DNA from: Cenococcum geophilum
Taxonomy: Eukaryota
Length of the DNA stretch: 64,000 nt
Direction: 5' to 3'
Assembly (NCBI GenBank): GCA_050273025.1
Contig: CP158635.1
Location: 1,116,001 to 1,180,000 of the forward strand
A program made the translations under genes and the position numbers. The notes under the pieces are model-generated. The model was given only the letters and a program-made list of their open reading frames with translations, was not told where the DNA came from and searched no databases. Each line of letters opens with the position of its first letter. Positions within the stretch are counted from its first letter, which is position 1. This document shows, one piece after another, positions 38,400 through 53,179 of this stretch.

Positions 38400-41250
38400 A
38401 CCTTCTAGGGCTTATTAAAGATATTAGCTAGCTCTACTAACTACCTAATACTCTAAATACTTTAAAGAAGAGGATATAGGAGTAAATACCTTTTCTAAAA
38501 ATGCGGAAAATAGAGCTTATAGTAAACCGCCCTAAGCTCCTAACCAGATTAAGGCCAACAGAAACTATAGTGTTTTTTAATACTATTCACCTTATAAAAA
38601 CAATGCTTATAATTTTAGATCTCTTAAATAAAATATATTAAGGAATAATGCATTTTATAGATAAACCTACTAAGCTTTACTATTCTTTAGCTTAGGGTTT
38701 CTTGGTAAAAATAATATCTAAAGAGTTTATAAAATATGCTAACGGTCTACCAATTCTACCTTCTAACTTTATTTATTTTAAATGTTTAGAGATAGATTGC
38801 CTATATTATACCGCGAATTTAAATCATATGGGCCGTGTTCTTTGTATTGGACGGAATTATACTAGCTATAGTTCTCTATACCGGAAAGGAGAGATTCTTA
38901 TTTTTATATAATAGGTACTAAAAAGAAAAGAGCTTCCCTCCTAATACCTTAATACAGTATTATCTCTAAATGCACCTCTTTAATCCATTAAGTTGTTCCT
39001 TATTAAAAAAGGTAATATTTTATTATAAGAGGACTAGGTGTAAGCTATTAAACCTAATATTTACCTAGACTACGACTATTCTGCTACTAGAGCTTAGTAT
39101 ATTACTAAGCGGCCTAAAATCTTTCTTATTAGGAATATTATTAATTTATAAACTAATATAATGCAATCGCTAAACTTATCTACGCCTATTCGCGGTAAAC
39201 TAGAAATTAAGCATTTTAGATAATAGCATTTAATTTAAAATTTCTAGAAAGGCTAGACTATTTCTGTACCGTTTCTTTATTTTATTAATATATTTAGGCT
39301 ATTTAGGAATATATACCGCTTGCTACTAGGGATATATATTACTCCTACCAGTATAAACACCCGTAAAAGAACCTACCGTTAAAACATATTCCTAATCACT
39401 CTTAGATTATTTAGAAGCTTTTTTTGCCGATATTATTAGTGCGCTTTATTACCTTAGCCGTCTTAACTATAACGTCTATCTAGAAATTAACGGCACTAAA
39501 AAAATTCGTTTATGGGTTTATAATGGCGTTTACTAGAGATATGGCAGCCTTTTAAGGATTTAAAGGCTTAATATCTGCCATAGCTAATTACGGCTATAGG
39601 TTTTGCCTTACTTATAAGAGCCAGCGTGCAAATCTAGACTTTAATATTATTAAAAACGGCTAGTACCATTACTAGATAATAAACCTTTAATAGTAGGGCA
39701 AAATGCTCTCTAATAAGAGTTAAAGACTAAAGTTTTTCTAGAAAATTGGCATGGCACCGTAACAGACTCCTCTTATTAAGATTGCACCTTACCTAGATAT
39801 TATTCGCTTACGCCCAGGCAACGCCGCTTATTTTAAATATACTAGGCTTATAAAGCAGGCATAATTATTGCTATTCTTAACAAGAAGGGACAAGAGGCTT
39901 ATATTAAAGAGCTTTAGTTATAACCGCTCCCTCCTAGCTAGGCTTACCTTTAAAGTCCGATATATTACCTTAAGAGTTACCAAATATTTAAATATGTACG
40001 AATTTCGGTCCTAATATTACTAATATTAAGAAGATAGCTAAGGGAAGGTTTTATAGAAGCTAATTACCTTTAAGCTATATATATTACTCTTACGCTACCC
40101 CCCATTAATGCTATTATAAAATACTTTACGCTTATAACCTAAAGCAGCGCTATAATCCTCTTACTATTAATAGCTGGAGAAAACCGGGATTAAATGCATT
40201 ATATTATTAAGAGGGAAAGAAAGGCGTTTTAAGATCTTTTCTATTATGCGTTACTCGCCATAGCGCGGGATAAACAGCGTGGTACTATTCCTGCTAATAA
40301 TAGCATCGCTTTAAGCTAGGCTAGTAGCATTCTAAATATTAAGGAGGATAATAATAGCGAAAGAGTTAAGGGATTAAAAAAAGAAAAGGGTTTTAAGGCC
40401 TTCCTATTCTACCTAAATGTCCACACTAGCCTGCATTACTAGGAGGTTGCCTATAAATATACTACTCCTTAAAATGTTACTACGTTTATAGGTAAAGACG
40501 TTTACCAGTATATATTTCTAGTTCTTCCGCTTATTTAGAAAGCCGCAACCTAATATATATTATCTCTCTAGCGGATTTAAAAAGGATATAACATTTACAA
40601 ATTTTTAATAAGTTTGCGAGGTATTACTGCTCTAGAAGAATATCTGCTAAATAATACAGTTTTTGGTTTTTAGTGCTTTTAAAGATTCCCATCTAGAATC
40701 TACCAGAATGGTGCAGTACCTAAACGCTAAATACCTAACCCTACTAGCCCGTATCTTACCGAAATCTAAGTAGACAGACACCGACTTAAATAAGTTTAAT
40801 CTATTTAGAGTTGCAAGCAACAAATCTTATATTTATACTACGGTTTATAATAGAATTTATAAAGACGTTTGCGATAGGAATAAAGAGATATACTCTAGTC
40901 TAAAGAAGCTAGCCCTAATATACCTTTTTATAGTACTGCTAAGAGCTACCTATACTTATAATTATAACTTAATAGATCTAGTTCGGTTAGGAAAGATAGT
41001 ATTTGTCTAGGTTTAGTAATTATTGTTTACAGATCTATAGGTTATTTTTTTTATTCTTATTACTATTTCTTTCTTAGGAATACCAACTTATTGTTTATTT
41101 TAGATTAACCAAGCACTGCCTAGGTTTTTAACCTAGGAATTTCGTTATAGTGTAAGGGGAAAGGATTGGTTTAGTAAAACATATTTTTATTTATAAGCTT
41201 TTAAATTAGTAGCGCGCTTTTATAGTTTTAGATATAATAGATAATTAATA
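38400..41250 (+). pseudogene. CMC/EnSpm-like (family unassigned) fungal transposase, RIP'd
   Basis: De-RIPed motifs FID.FGLFRNMYRxLLGMY (~39280), AFTGDM...ANYGCRFC (~39525-39607), DIIR.RPGDAAHSEY (~39800), LPPGWA.LQSP.HHLKSY (~39930) and PNVHTGLHY (~40415). Confidence 0.65.
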
Positions 41251-44200
41251 GTCTAAGGAGGATAAGATACTTAGACTTCCTATTCTTTATCTTTTGCATT
41301 TATCCCTTATTATTAGCTTACCTACTCTTAGGGTAAGGCAGTTATTTATTACGCCTTTATTCTTAAAGCGTTTAATCAATTGCTACTAGGATAGTATTTA
41401 GTTTATATAGCCGGGACTAGGGTTATAGTTACAGTTACGGCTTTGTGTTAGGCGTTTACTTATAGACCGCTTTAAGCACTATAGTTTTGGCATTTATAGG
41501 TTTGCATCTTATAATTATTAAAAGTGCGTAAAATATATACTTAAAGTTATTTAAGCTTTACTTTTATTTATTTCTAAGGTTTTAATATAAGTATATCTTA
41601 CTTTACTTTAATTTATTTTTATACCATTAAATTAAGTTTATTTTAGGGCTAGCCAGCTTACTTAAGATGCTATTTAAAGTGTTGTAAAAGAGTAATGGAG
41701 CGACCGCAATAACTAGGAGAGGTAGGGTAGTAAATATAATTATAAAGGTTTCTTTTTATCGCGATTACTTAATATACATAAATTCCTACTTTAATCTATT
41801 ATCTTGTGCCGTAAGGATAATTATTACTTATATTTTATAGTTCCTAAAAATAAGCAGCTATATTTTATAACGTCTATCTTAGAAAAGGAAGGCATTGTAG
41901 AAGCTATCTTCCCTAACTCCCTAAAACCTTATTATAATACCACCACATCCTTTATATACATGCCACCACTATCCTATAACTCCGCAAGCGTTTGCGACAT
42001 TAGCGTAGCTAAAAGCTTAGTACCTAGAGCTTTATAAAGCCGCCTATACTATCTAGGACCTAGAGCTAATCCCTAGGAATATTACAATAGGGTAACCGCT
42101 TTACACCGCATCCTAGATTACAGCCTTACTTCTCCCATCCCCTATTCTCCTCCTCCTTCTTATATACTCCTTTTTCTTTACTATTAGGGCTACTAAGAGG
42201 ATAGTCCTCTTTCTAATAAGCATTATAATTAAATTAGGCCCTAAACCTATTCCTTTTATTAATATTTCCTAGCTATTCCAAAGCTGTTTCTATCTTTTCC
42301 TGGTATTACATCTCTTCTAGACATCTAATCTCTATTTAAAAAATTTCCTCTTAAAATACTACCAAATCTTAAAAACCTATATACCCCTAGAAGTTAGTTT
42401 TTTAATAGTAGTTAGATTCTTACCTTAGCTTTTCCAAATATTGCCAAATTTATCACGATAGCAATGTTAATACTAGAATAAAAAAACCTTAATTATACAG
42501 TACTAAAAGGCTTTATTTTCTATGGCGGAATAGTAGTCTTAAATACTAAAGCACTGGTGCGGGAGATAGGTACTATGCTATAGATCTCCGTTTTAAAGTT
42601 AAGATTTTCTATAGAGGATTTAAGCTCCAAGGGGGTACCCTTTAAAGACCCGTTTCCCTATACATTTTGGCTAAACTTCCATTATAGGATTGTCCCAGGG
42701 TTAATACCTATCCACTATACTACTCTCCTAATCTTACCCCTCTCTCCTAGGCCTATAGCCCTACCTATTCCAGCTCCAATTCTAATCTTATACCCGCACT
42801 CCTATTCTTATACTCCTCCGATATAATATCTCCTCTTATACTCATCTTAACCTTTATATTTTAGATCTATCTCGGACTCTCCTCCTAATAATACCCTTTT
42901 CTTATCCCTAACCCCACTTATGTTCTCTTTTTTTATAATAAAGTACTATCCATAAAGCCTTTCTTTCCATGCTACTACTTTAGGATTAGGTTAGTTAAGC
43001 TTAGGCGTTTAATATACACGGCTTATAAGGGCTCTATAACTACTACTAAGACAACTTAAACAGGCGAGGAGATAGGGATAACTGTAATAGGTAGAAGGCC
43101 TAAAGAGGAACCCCTAAGGAGAGAAAATCCGAAACTATTAGGGAGAGAAAGATCTTAGGAGTTAAGTCTTAAGGGCCGATGCTAATTATTATAGCTAATG
43201 CCCTAAATAAGCGTATAAATAAGTGCTTAGATAAGTTGCAGCTTTAATAACTAGTTAATAAGAGAATATCTAGATATGTAAAATAATATAAGGTGAGGCG
43301 CCATATCTAAAGGGGCAATATCTCACTAATAAGTAATATAACCAGCTACGCTTCGCTTAAAGAGACCTAAGTATTATAATACCTCGCTTTCCTAAGCTCT
43401 TTAAGTTAGGTAACCTAACTTTTTAGTTCCGGTTAGTTATAGTAAGTATTCCCTTAGACTCCTAGTCTAAATTATCGCATTAGGCTACTTAACTATACCT
43501 CCTTATTACTATAGCCTTAAGCTTATCTTTTTTGCGCCTTCTACGTTAAGCCTAGAACACTTAATATTTAGGTAGAAAATAGGCATCTAAGCGCCTTAAC
43601 GGGATAGGATTAAGGAGGCGGATTACAGTTAGATGGTATCATAGAGATAATAGTAGAAGTAAAGAGTTTAGAGGATTATATAATATAGTACAAAGTATTA
43701 CGCTAGAGTTTTTAACTAAAGAGACATTTTAATATTAATTAAGTTGTATTTATAATATGCCCTTATTTATAGCAGAGTTTTAAAACAAAATTAATGCGAT
43801 CTTAAAAGTCCCTAACTCTAAAAGTAACTTAATAAAAATATCCCGTTTCCATACTCTTTATAAAAGCAGTTAGCTAAGTTTAGGATCCTCCTAGCCTTAA
43901 ACATTATTAGGATAGTATTTATTAAATTAAATAATGCTTTATTAAAACTTAAATACTAATAAGAATTAAAGTTAGTATTATGTTTATAACGGAAAATAAT
44001 AGTATAAGAAAATACCAATCGGATATAGAACCTGCGTTAAAGTAATACACTATTTTCTTTTTAGAAATACTTTCTATTTTCTAAAATGCTCTCCTATTAG
44101 AGATAGTGCATTTTATAAGATTTATTTAATCCCAACAGAGCTTTCGGCTTAATAGGTTTTATAGTTAATTACATGCCGTCTATAAGTGTATTTTTTTTAA

Positions 44201-44633
44201 CTTTAAAACTTTTTTTTATTAAACTAGCTACTTTTATAGACACGATATATGCCAGCCTACTTAGCGAGACTCAATTTTTGACTCAAATAAAGAACAACAG
44301 CTTAGTAATAGATTTTTCGCTTACTCGCGAGCCATGCTAAGGTAACCCCACTCTCAATTAGGCTCTTTTACCTTTAACGAATTAGCTACCCAAACGAGAC
44401 AGCTACCTATTTGAGATAGTGTACGGACTCTCGCCAAAATTAAGATTAATTTAATATTAAAATCAACAACCTAAATCTACCCTATTACATAAATACACTA
44501 TAATCCATTAGTAGTTCCTTCCAAACCTTCTTTATAAAGGTAACAACTCCTTATAATATAGCCCTCCTTTCCTTTACTATAGCCTCTTCCTGTTCCTTTT
44601 AAAGCTTTTTCTTATTCTTCTTTTAAGCCTTAG

Positions 44634-44850
44634 TGTAAGGGATATTATTGTGAACACCTTGGGTTGCCCTTAAGGCAACCCCTAAACGCCCCTTAGATAG
44701 TCGCTAGTTACGTGCCGGAGGCACGTACCTATAGTATATAGTCTCCACGATCCCAAAGGCCTTACCTTCTTAAGGATTCGTCTCTCTTACCAATCTATCC
44801 TATTCTACAATCGTGTCCTTATAGCCCCCTATCTACAAAGTCCCCTTATA
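44634..44850. mobile_element. Solo LTR (217 bp)
   Basis: TGTAAGGG...CCCTTATA termini. Flanks CTTAG/TTTAA differ only by RIP-type transitions, consistent with a degraded TSD. Confidence 0.7.
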
Positions 44851-46965
44851 TTTAAATCCTTCCTACTTCTTTTTAAAAAGGTAGCTGGCTTAAGGACCAA
44901 ATTGTGTATTTATATCTTTTATTTATAACTACTATTTTCCCTTAAAATTTTATAATAACCTAAACGGAAACTCTATAGGTGTTACGGCTTATATAAATAC
45001 CTCTAAACCAAAGCTTGTAGAATGCTATATTATAAAGATACTAAGCTAAAGAGAAGGAAAAGGGGTCGCTAGGACCGATATAAACAAATATATAGGGTAA
45101 GCCGCCAAGGCGCTAGCTTTGGGCGGGCCAATTATAGGTCGGTAAAATATGGCAGAATTTGGCAGGTAATATGCGATAGTGCCGTTACATCACCCCCTTC
45201 TTTAAAAGAAAAGCTTGCCCTTAGGCTTAGTTAAAAATAGGGTAGTACTAGGCTTATAAACGTAGGATTATAAAATATAAGATAAGGAGATAAAGGGGAT
45301 ATAAGTACGTCCAGACTAAGTATAAAGGGCAATTATAGGCTAAGTAGAAGCACTAGGCTAGAAAGAGTAACCGCTAAAAGTCTTAGCACGGATCTAACTA
45401 ATTAGACAACTTTAACCAGCGGTTAAAGTTCCTAAATATCTGAAATTTTATAGTACTAGCAGAAAACGGCAGAATATAGCAGAATTTAGTAGATAGCTAT
45501 ATTAGGGCTTTAGGGCGTTTTTATCCCTATATTCTTCCGGTAATTTATTATCTTTATTATACTAGCATTCCATCTATTTATTTAGGTACTTTAGGGGTCT
45601 AGGCGTATTAGGGTATTAGTTATAGAATTTTTTAAGCTTTTGGGGGTAGCTTATAAAGTTCTATATAGGGTACCAAGTTAGGTTAGAATTATAGCCCTTC
45701 TATTAGATATGGTATTTTAGCGTTCCCCATACTATCTTATAGGCCAGTATTTTATTAACCTCCTATTTATTATTACCGTTTACTTAAACTGGTAGGGGAG
45801 GCTTATTCTTTTATTTAGGCAATAGGTTGTTTATAGCTTTCCGTAACTTATCTAGTAAAAAGATAGGGTAAACCCTAATTAAATCTAGGAGCTTTATCTT
45901 ATATAAGTTGCCTATCTTTTTAAGAACCTTATATAGTTCTACTATTTAGTAGTCTAGCTTACGGCTAGGTTATTTAGTCTTTTAATTCCTTATTATAACC
46001 TAGACTATATTGCTAGGGGCAAAATTAGGCTCTTAACGGTGTTTATTCGCCTACTATTTTATTAACCTCTAAGCTTTTTCTAAGTTCTCGCGGGCTACCG
46101 TCTAGGCTTCCTCTAATTATTTAGTATACTATTGGGCCTTAGTATAGGATAGCTTCTCTTATATAGTCTAGGGTTTTTCTAGCCTTTTTTAGTCAAAGCT
46201 TATGCGGGGTAAGTATCCTATTTCTAGCTAAATTGGGGTAAACCCTATAGAGTTATAGGGTAGGGTTGCTTACGCGTAGTCTATTAAGGGTAGTAGTTTA
46301 GACTAGTTATTCTAAAAATAGTTAATAAAGGGCCTAAGCCTCTAGTCTAGGTACTAATTTACAATCTCTGTCTAACTATCTATCTGGGGGTAATAAGCTG
46401 TAGAAAGCTTTAGCTTAATACCTAAAATTTAGGTAAACTTATTCTAGAAGGCCGATATAAACTATAGCCTATAATTAAACACAATAGTATCTAGTGGTCT
46501 GTAGATTTGGTAGACGTAATAAATAAATAGCTAGGCTACCTCTTTAGTATTAATATTCTTATAATAGGGAATTAAAAACGGGCGTTTACTAAAGCGGTTA
46601 ACTATAACTATAACTATATTATATCCGTTACGGTCCCTAAGTAGTTTATAAAGTCTATAAAGATATACTACTAAGGGCGCTTTAGTATTAGGAGTAGCTT
46701 AAGTAGTCCTAGGGTCTTATCCCGTGGGATTATAGCTCTCTAGCAGTCTTTGCAGTTCTATATATATTAATTAATATCCATAACTATTCTCGGCTAGTAG
46801 TAGCGGCAGTTAATAATTTTATAGGTCTTATTCTTGCTAGGGTATACTATAGAGATTTAGCAATAAGCTTCGCGGATTAGTTTAGTCTATAGATATTAAC
46901 GTTAGGGACTATAAGCCACTCCTAGTATAGGAGTAATTTTTTCTCTATTTTAAAATTAGGGTCTC

Positions 46966-49900
46966 TGTTTGTACTAATTTAATAACACGAGTAAGTTGTA
47001 TCCCAGGGCACAAAATACGTATAGTATCGTATGCTCTTTAGGATGGTGGTAACTGTCGATTCTATTAAGGTAGACTACGTGGTTTATATACTAACGCGCC
47101 TCCCCCCTAATTAGTTAGCATGTAGGTGGTTGGTACACAAACGCGTATTTACGCGTTCGTATACTAGGTGCTATAATTATACACTAGCGGTACTTGGAAA
47201 ATGAAACCGCTTATATATAGCCTCTGTAATTGCCTTAATAGAACCATAAGACACATAAGAAAATATATAGGAAATCCCTCCTAAGGTGCCTTCTAGGTTG
47301 CCTTCCAAATGGTGCTCTAAGCTAGCCGTAAGTCCTGCTTACGGTCCGTAAAATAAACTGTACAGCCTTTTAACGGGCCGTAAATGCACCATACGGCCTT
47401 CTGACGGGCCGTAACTAAACCATAAATGCTCCGTTAGTCTCGCTCTACCCATTCTATAACCTTTAGGTTGAGCTTGTTCGTATTAATTAGGGTTTTAAAA
47501 GCTTAACACGGCTTTGCCTTAGTTATAGCGTCTACTAGGTTGTCTCCGCTGCTAATCCATTTGACCTCTGTAATCTTACGTCGTTTATAGGCCTGATATA
47601 AGCACATTAGGTTAACTATAAGCCTCTTCTCTTATGTCGTACCTAGTTTAACTAGGCAGTCGTAAAGGGACTTTAAATCGGTGTATAAAACCAGGGGTAA
47701 CTACTTTAGTTATAGAATCTTCTAGACCGTTAATTTGATTACGGCTGCTATATTAAATCTATAAGCTAGTATATATAGCTTAGAAGCTAGTATACTACGG
47801 GTTACTTATTTACACTTAATTAAAGACTAATATAGTATATTTGCGTCCTAATTGCGGTCCGTAAGTACAATTATAAAGCCGATTTGTGATAATAGGTCTT
47901 TATTATTAGTAAAAGATATATCCGTAAATACTAATAGGCTAAGGGAATTTAGGTCTAGTGGTATAAAAGTAAGTCCCCTTACTGCATTGTTAATTTGCCA
48001 CTGGATGCGCTTATTAAGCTGCTTAATATTTTCTTCTTATAGGTCTACTGCCTGGGCCGTAAAGGATAGATTGTAGGTAGATTTAGGTTAACAGACTGTG
48101 GCAATATAGGCGCCTCTTGTACGCTGTGCAGCGTATTAGTCCTTTATATTTACGGTTTTATAAGTCTCTCCGTGGGAACTAGTAAGGTCTATAGGTTTTG
48201 CTATAATAGGCTTTAGGTTTTAAGCTTGGCGTTCCTAAGTCAGCTTAATTAGGTTGCCCTTTTATATAATTAAGCCTCTATTAAACTTAATTGGAGTCTG
48301 TTTAGTTAACTACTCTCACAGCTTTACTAAGAACTTTACCTTTTATAGTTTAGTTTCTTTAGCATCTATAAAGGTTTGGTCTGCTAGGAAGAGGGTATTA
48401 TTAGTTTAGAGTCCAATAATGCTAAGGCCGTTTAATAGGGTGTATAAGAGGCAGGGGTTATAGGTTAACTATTCCATTTTAAGTTTACTAATATAATGCT
48501 AGTGGTACGTTTTAAATTAATGGCTTCTAGCTTCTAGTACTCCGTAAAGAGGTTTTATAACCCATAAAATTGTTCCTAGTTATAGGTTAAGCTCGCGGGG
48601 TGGTCATATAAAGATATCTCTGCTTAGGTAGGTATTAGACTGCATATAGGCTTACGAGATATCCCGTAAGTAGAGGGCTATAGGTTTAATTTGCTGTAAT
48701 CTAGGCGTAAGTATAAGTATAATCCATTAACTAACTTATTAAATTGTAGGCGATTGCGTAAGGACTAAATCCTTTCCCTAGTCGTTATAAGCTTATATAA
48801 TGAGCCTTAACTTTTTAAAGGCTTTATTAGTACTAGGGTGCTTAATTTCGTTAATAAAGCGTAAGTTAAATATACGGACGCCTTGCGGAACGTCTTTCTC
48901 TATTATAACCGCAAAGACGCCCTTCTTAAGTAATCCGTTAATCTCTTTGCGTTATAAGTCCGTAAAAGGGGTTTCCTATACTAAAACTAATATATCTATA
49001 GGCGGAGATTGCCTTGCAAATATTCCTGCGGAGGTTAAGTAATTTTTTATTACGGTGTTTTTAGTTACGGGGTGCTTTTGGGGGCGTCCTTAACCACGTT
49101 TTACGGTAGGTTTAGTAGGTTTCTAAGGGACTTCTAAGGTAGGTAAGGGTGCTTCTAGTTTATCTAGTTCAGCGGGTGCTTTTAGTTTGTCTGGTTTAAT
49201 AGGTGCTTTTAGTTCGTCTAGCTTGGCGGGTGCTTCCGGTTCGTTTAGTTTAATAGGTACTTCTAGTTTATCTAGCTTAACGTTATGGTTATCTTTAGGC
49301 CAAAAGTAGGGTTTTACGGACGCGCTTCTAAAGCTAGTTAGCCCGCTAGGAAGTTATACGCAGCACGTCTTATTTTCTACGGTTAGTAGATAATAAGGTC
49401 CAGTCTACTTACCGCTTTTACGCCATATAAGGACTTTAGAGTTAAGCGGGAGGTCGTGTACTAAGGTTATGTTAGGTTCGTTACGGTAGTATAGGGCGTT
49501 ATTAATAGCTTGCTTGGCCCGTAGCTTAACTATTTCAGTTATTGCCTTCTGTATTATAGCTGCTCGTTCTATAATAAACGGGGTAGAAGGGTCTAGTTTG
49601 CTTATCCTTAGGTAGGCTCTATAGATTAAAAGGGTGGGTACTAGTCTATCTAGGCCAGTAGTGTCGTTAATAGCTTTTACGGCTATCTGTAGAGCTAGTT
49701 CCTTTTAAATGTCCTTATATTTGTCCATAATAATCTAGTAAGCTCTCTATAAGGCTAGGTAAGCTCGCTTAATAAGCCTAATAGACTAATATATCTTAAC
49801 TGGGACAGCTTTTATTAATATAGCTATGGCCGTAGTATACTGCTAGAATTCCTTGCTGATAAAGTTCCTACTAGCGTTGTAGGTAATATACTTAGGGGGT

Positions 49901-52900
49901 CTAACGTATGTGTTAATCTAGTAGGTCCGTAAAATATCCTAAGTATGTTTTATGGATATATTTTACAACTAACGGGCGGCTTAGTAGCGGGTTGCCTCAT
50001 TAATTATATATAATACTAGGCTGCCGTTAATATATATAATGTCTACGTATACTAAGTGGTTGAAGTTAAGGTCCTTATAAAGGGTGAACTTAAATCAGCC
50101 TAGGGAACGTCCGTATTTTTAGCAGAAGGAGCAGTATTTGGTTAGGTGGTTAATTGCCTTCTTATTAACGTCGTCGTATCTAAAGCGTTTAAGGACTCTA
50201 TATAGCTTTTCGGCTAACGGGTGGCCGAAACGGCAGTATAGGCGGTGGATTTTAGTACTAGTAAGGTAATATAGGTTATAGTTAAAAGATTCCTAAATAT
50301 AGGTCCGTAGAGTCTCTCTCTATATAAGGAACGGGTGTCCAAATCGTTGTATAATTGGTAGGGTAATATGCTTACTTCTTAGGGCAGTTACGGGGCCAAT
50401 TAAGGTGTCCGTAACGTTGTTATAGTAAACCTATAACCTATCTATGTCCGTAAAGTAAAGTAGGAAAGGGGTATCCGCTTTTACTATATAGAAGTTAACT
50501 AGGCTAATTAGAGTCTTAACTTTAACTAATCTAATTAATACGGTTAAGCCGATACCGAATTAGACGTTTACGGCCCTAGTTTACGTAATATTAATGTCCG
50601 TATTGTTATTTGTGGTGGTCCTATATATAAGGTATTGTCTATAGCCTATAGTAGACTTCTTAGAGGCACCTATGTTAATTATAACACCATAGAATTCCTT
50701 AGGGGTATAGCGTTCTATGGTGATATATATAAATAGGTCCTGCTTATAATTTATAACGTCCGTAACGGGGGTACTTACGGAATAGTTTTTAGGCGTAACT
50801 AAGTGTATAAAGGAACGGTTAGCTAATATAGTCGTAATATTAAAGGCTTAGCTGTCCGTAAAAGGTCTGAAAGTAGTTAGAAATATCTCTAAGGTTTCTT
50901 ATTCCTAAGTATCTAAGTTAAAGTTAACTATAAGGGCTTCTATTAACTTATCAGGGGGCTCTCTACTTCCTCTCCTTTGTATTTTAAAATAAACTAGTTA
51001 ATACGACTATTAAGTCTTTTCCTGGACTTATTACGTTCTTCCTAGGTATACCTTATAGACTAATATTCTTCCTTACTACATATAAAGCACTTCTGGCTGG
51101 TTTATCTATAGGGGTATATTTTTATACGGGGGTTGCTATAGGGGTTATAGGTGGGACTTAGTCGGTATAGGTGCTGCTAGCGGTAGCGGCGGTTCATAAA
51201 GCAGACGTCTAAGTCTGTTTACGGATATTAAATATCTGTAATAAAGGCTTAAGTGCTGCCTAGTAGGTTTAAGACTTCGTACATTATAATAAAGGAGCGT
51301 AGATCATTAATAAGGCTAGCTAAGGTATTTGTAGGCTTATAGTAGGCGTACTTATAAGGCTCTACTTCCTAGTAGGCCGTAATAAGTTTATTATGCAGGA
51401 AGTCGTCTGTTTAAAGCTTAGTGTTAAGGCCGTACTATAGGTGCTGGAGGTCTTTAATAAGAATTTGCAGGCACTCTATAGTCGATTTTTTAGTGTTCTT
51501 ATTAATTACGGTCTATAGCTTGGTCGTATTCTATTAGGTAAGGATATTACGTTTATATTCTGGTCCTTTAAAGTAGTTGCGGGTAGCTTCGCATAGCTTA
51601 TTAAAGGGAATACTAAGGGGGTTGCTCTTAAGGTTGGTGTAGTAGTAGTTAAGTGCTAGGCCGCGCAGCATAGTAGAGTAGGCTTGGCTAAATTCCTGTT
51701 TAGGAATATTAGCCTTCTGGTAGAGGTCCGTAAAGATAGTTAGTTTGAAGTTAAAGTTATCGTTTTTACCGCTGTACTTAGATTTGTCGGTATAGAGCTT
51801 AGCTAGGTTTACTAGCTCCTTGCCGTAGGTCTTTACTTAGGTAGATTGCGGATCTATAACTTGCGGATATATGGCTTATAAATATATAGTTTGCGGATAT
51901 ATAGCTTACGGATCTATAACTTAAATAATAGAAGGGGTTTAGTCCGTATTTTGGTTTACGGGGGTATTATAGTCTATAATTTGGGTTGTGGGGGTATTAC
52001 GGTCCATAACTTAAGTACTAGGTATACTTTAGCTAGTAAGATTAATTCTAAGACTGCTTAGGTTTGTAGGACGAATTTAGTTAAGTAGGTTAGGTATAAG
52101 GCTAGCAATTATATTAAGTTTAGAAGAAATAAAGAGTTCCTTAGTTTCTTAGAACTGGTCTAGGATTTCCTCTTTAGTCTATTCCGTTTGGTCCTTCTTA
52201 TGTATTATATTATATAAGGACTATACAACAGTAACTCGTTTATTCCTTTTAACCTATACACCTTAGTTATATAAGAGGGTCCGTAGGTTACGGATGGTAG
52301 TAGGGTTGCATACTTTAAAGATAGCTTTTATAAAGTCCGCGAAGTCTTCCTAGTATTGCTCCCATAGGTCGACGTTTATAAGCTTAAAATATTTATATTT
52401 AAGAACTTTGAATTTAATGTAGTTGTTAACGTTAGGTATGGACGTAAGGTCAACTCCCTACCTCTACTTTTCCTAACCTTTATTAACTTGCTTTTTTAGG
52501 TCTGCTATACTGTATTGTATAGTGTAGTATATAGTAGGTGGTAGAGGTCTTATAGGGTTTGTAAAAGCGGTTGGCGGGTCCGTAACGGTTCGTAGGAGGG
52601 TAAGGGGTTTCCGTAAGGGGTCTTGATAGGTCTATAGTAGTTCGTAAAAAGGTAGGGGGTCTCCATAAGGGGTCTAAAAAGACGTTAAAGGTATTAAAAG
52701 AGGGTATAGTAAGAATAGGGGTTTAAGGTTCGAAGGTAGGTTAAGGGTAGGGGTTCCGTATAGGTCTATATTCGCGTCTATAAACTTCCGGTAAACTATA
52801 CTAAGACTTAAATAAATATATAGAGTTAGAGATAAGTCTATAATCCCCGACTTCCGACCTTCTAGTAGGTTATACTAGGAGTCTAAACAGGTAGTTACTA

Positions 52901-53179
52901 TCGAGTATCGCTCGGGGGGAGGTATCGAGTAATTGCTAATCTATACGCGCTTACTGATTAGTGTTCGTACTAATTTAATAGCACGAGTGAGTTGTATCCC
53001 GGGGCACAAAATACGTATAGTATTGTATACTCTTTGGGATGGTGGTGACTGTCGATTCTATTAAGGTAGACTACGTAGTCTATATACTAACACGCCTCCC
53101 CCCTAATTAGTCAGCACGTAGGTGGTTAGTACACGAACGCGTATTTACGCGTTTATATACTAGGTGCTGTAATTATATA
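46966..53179 (-). mobile_element. Ty1/Copia element, family 1 copy b, full length, RIP'd
   Basis: 218-bp LTRs at 46966-47183 and 52962-53179; TSD GTCTC. Colinear with 15463-22142. Confidence 0.95.
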
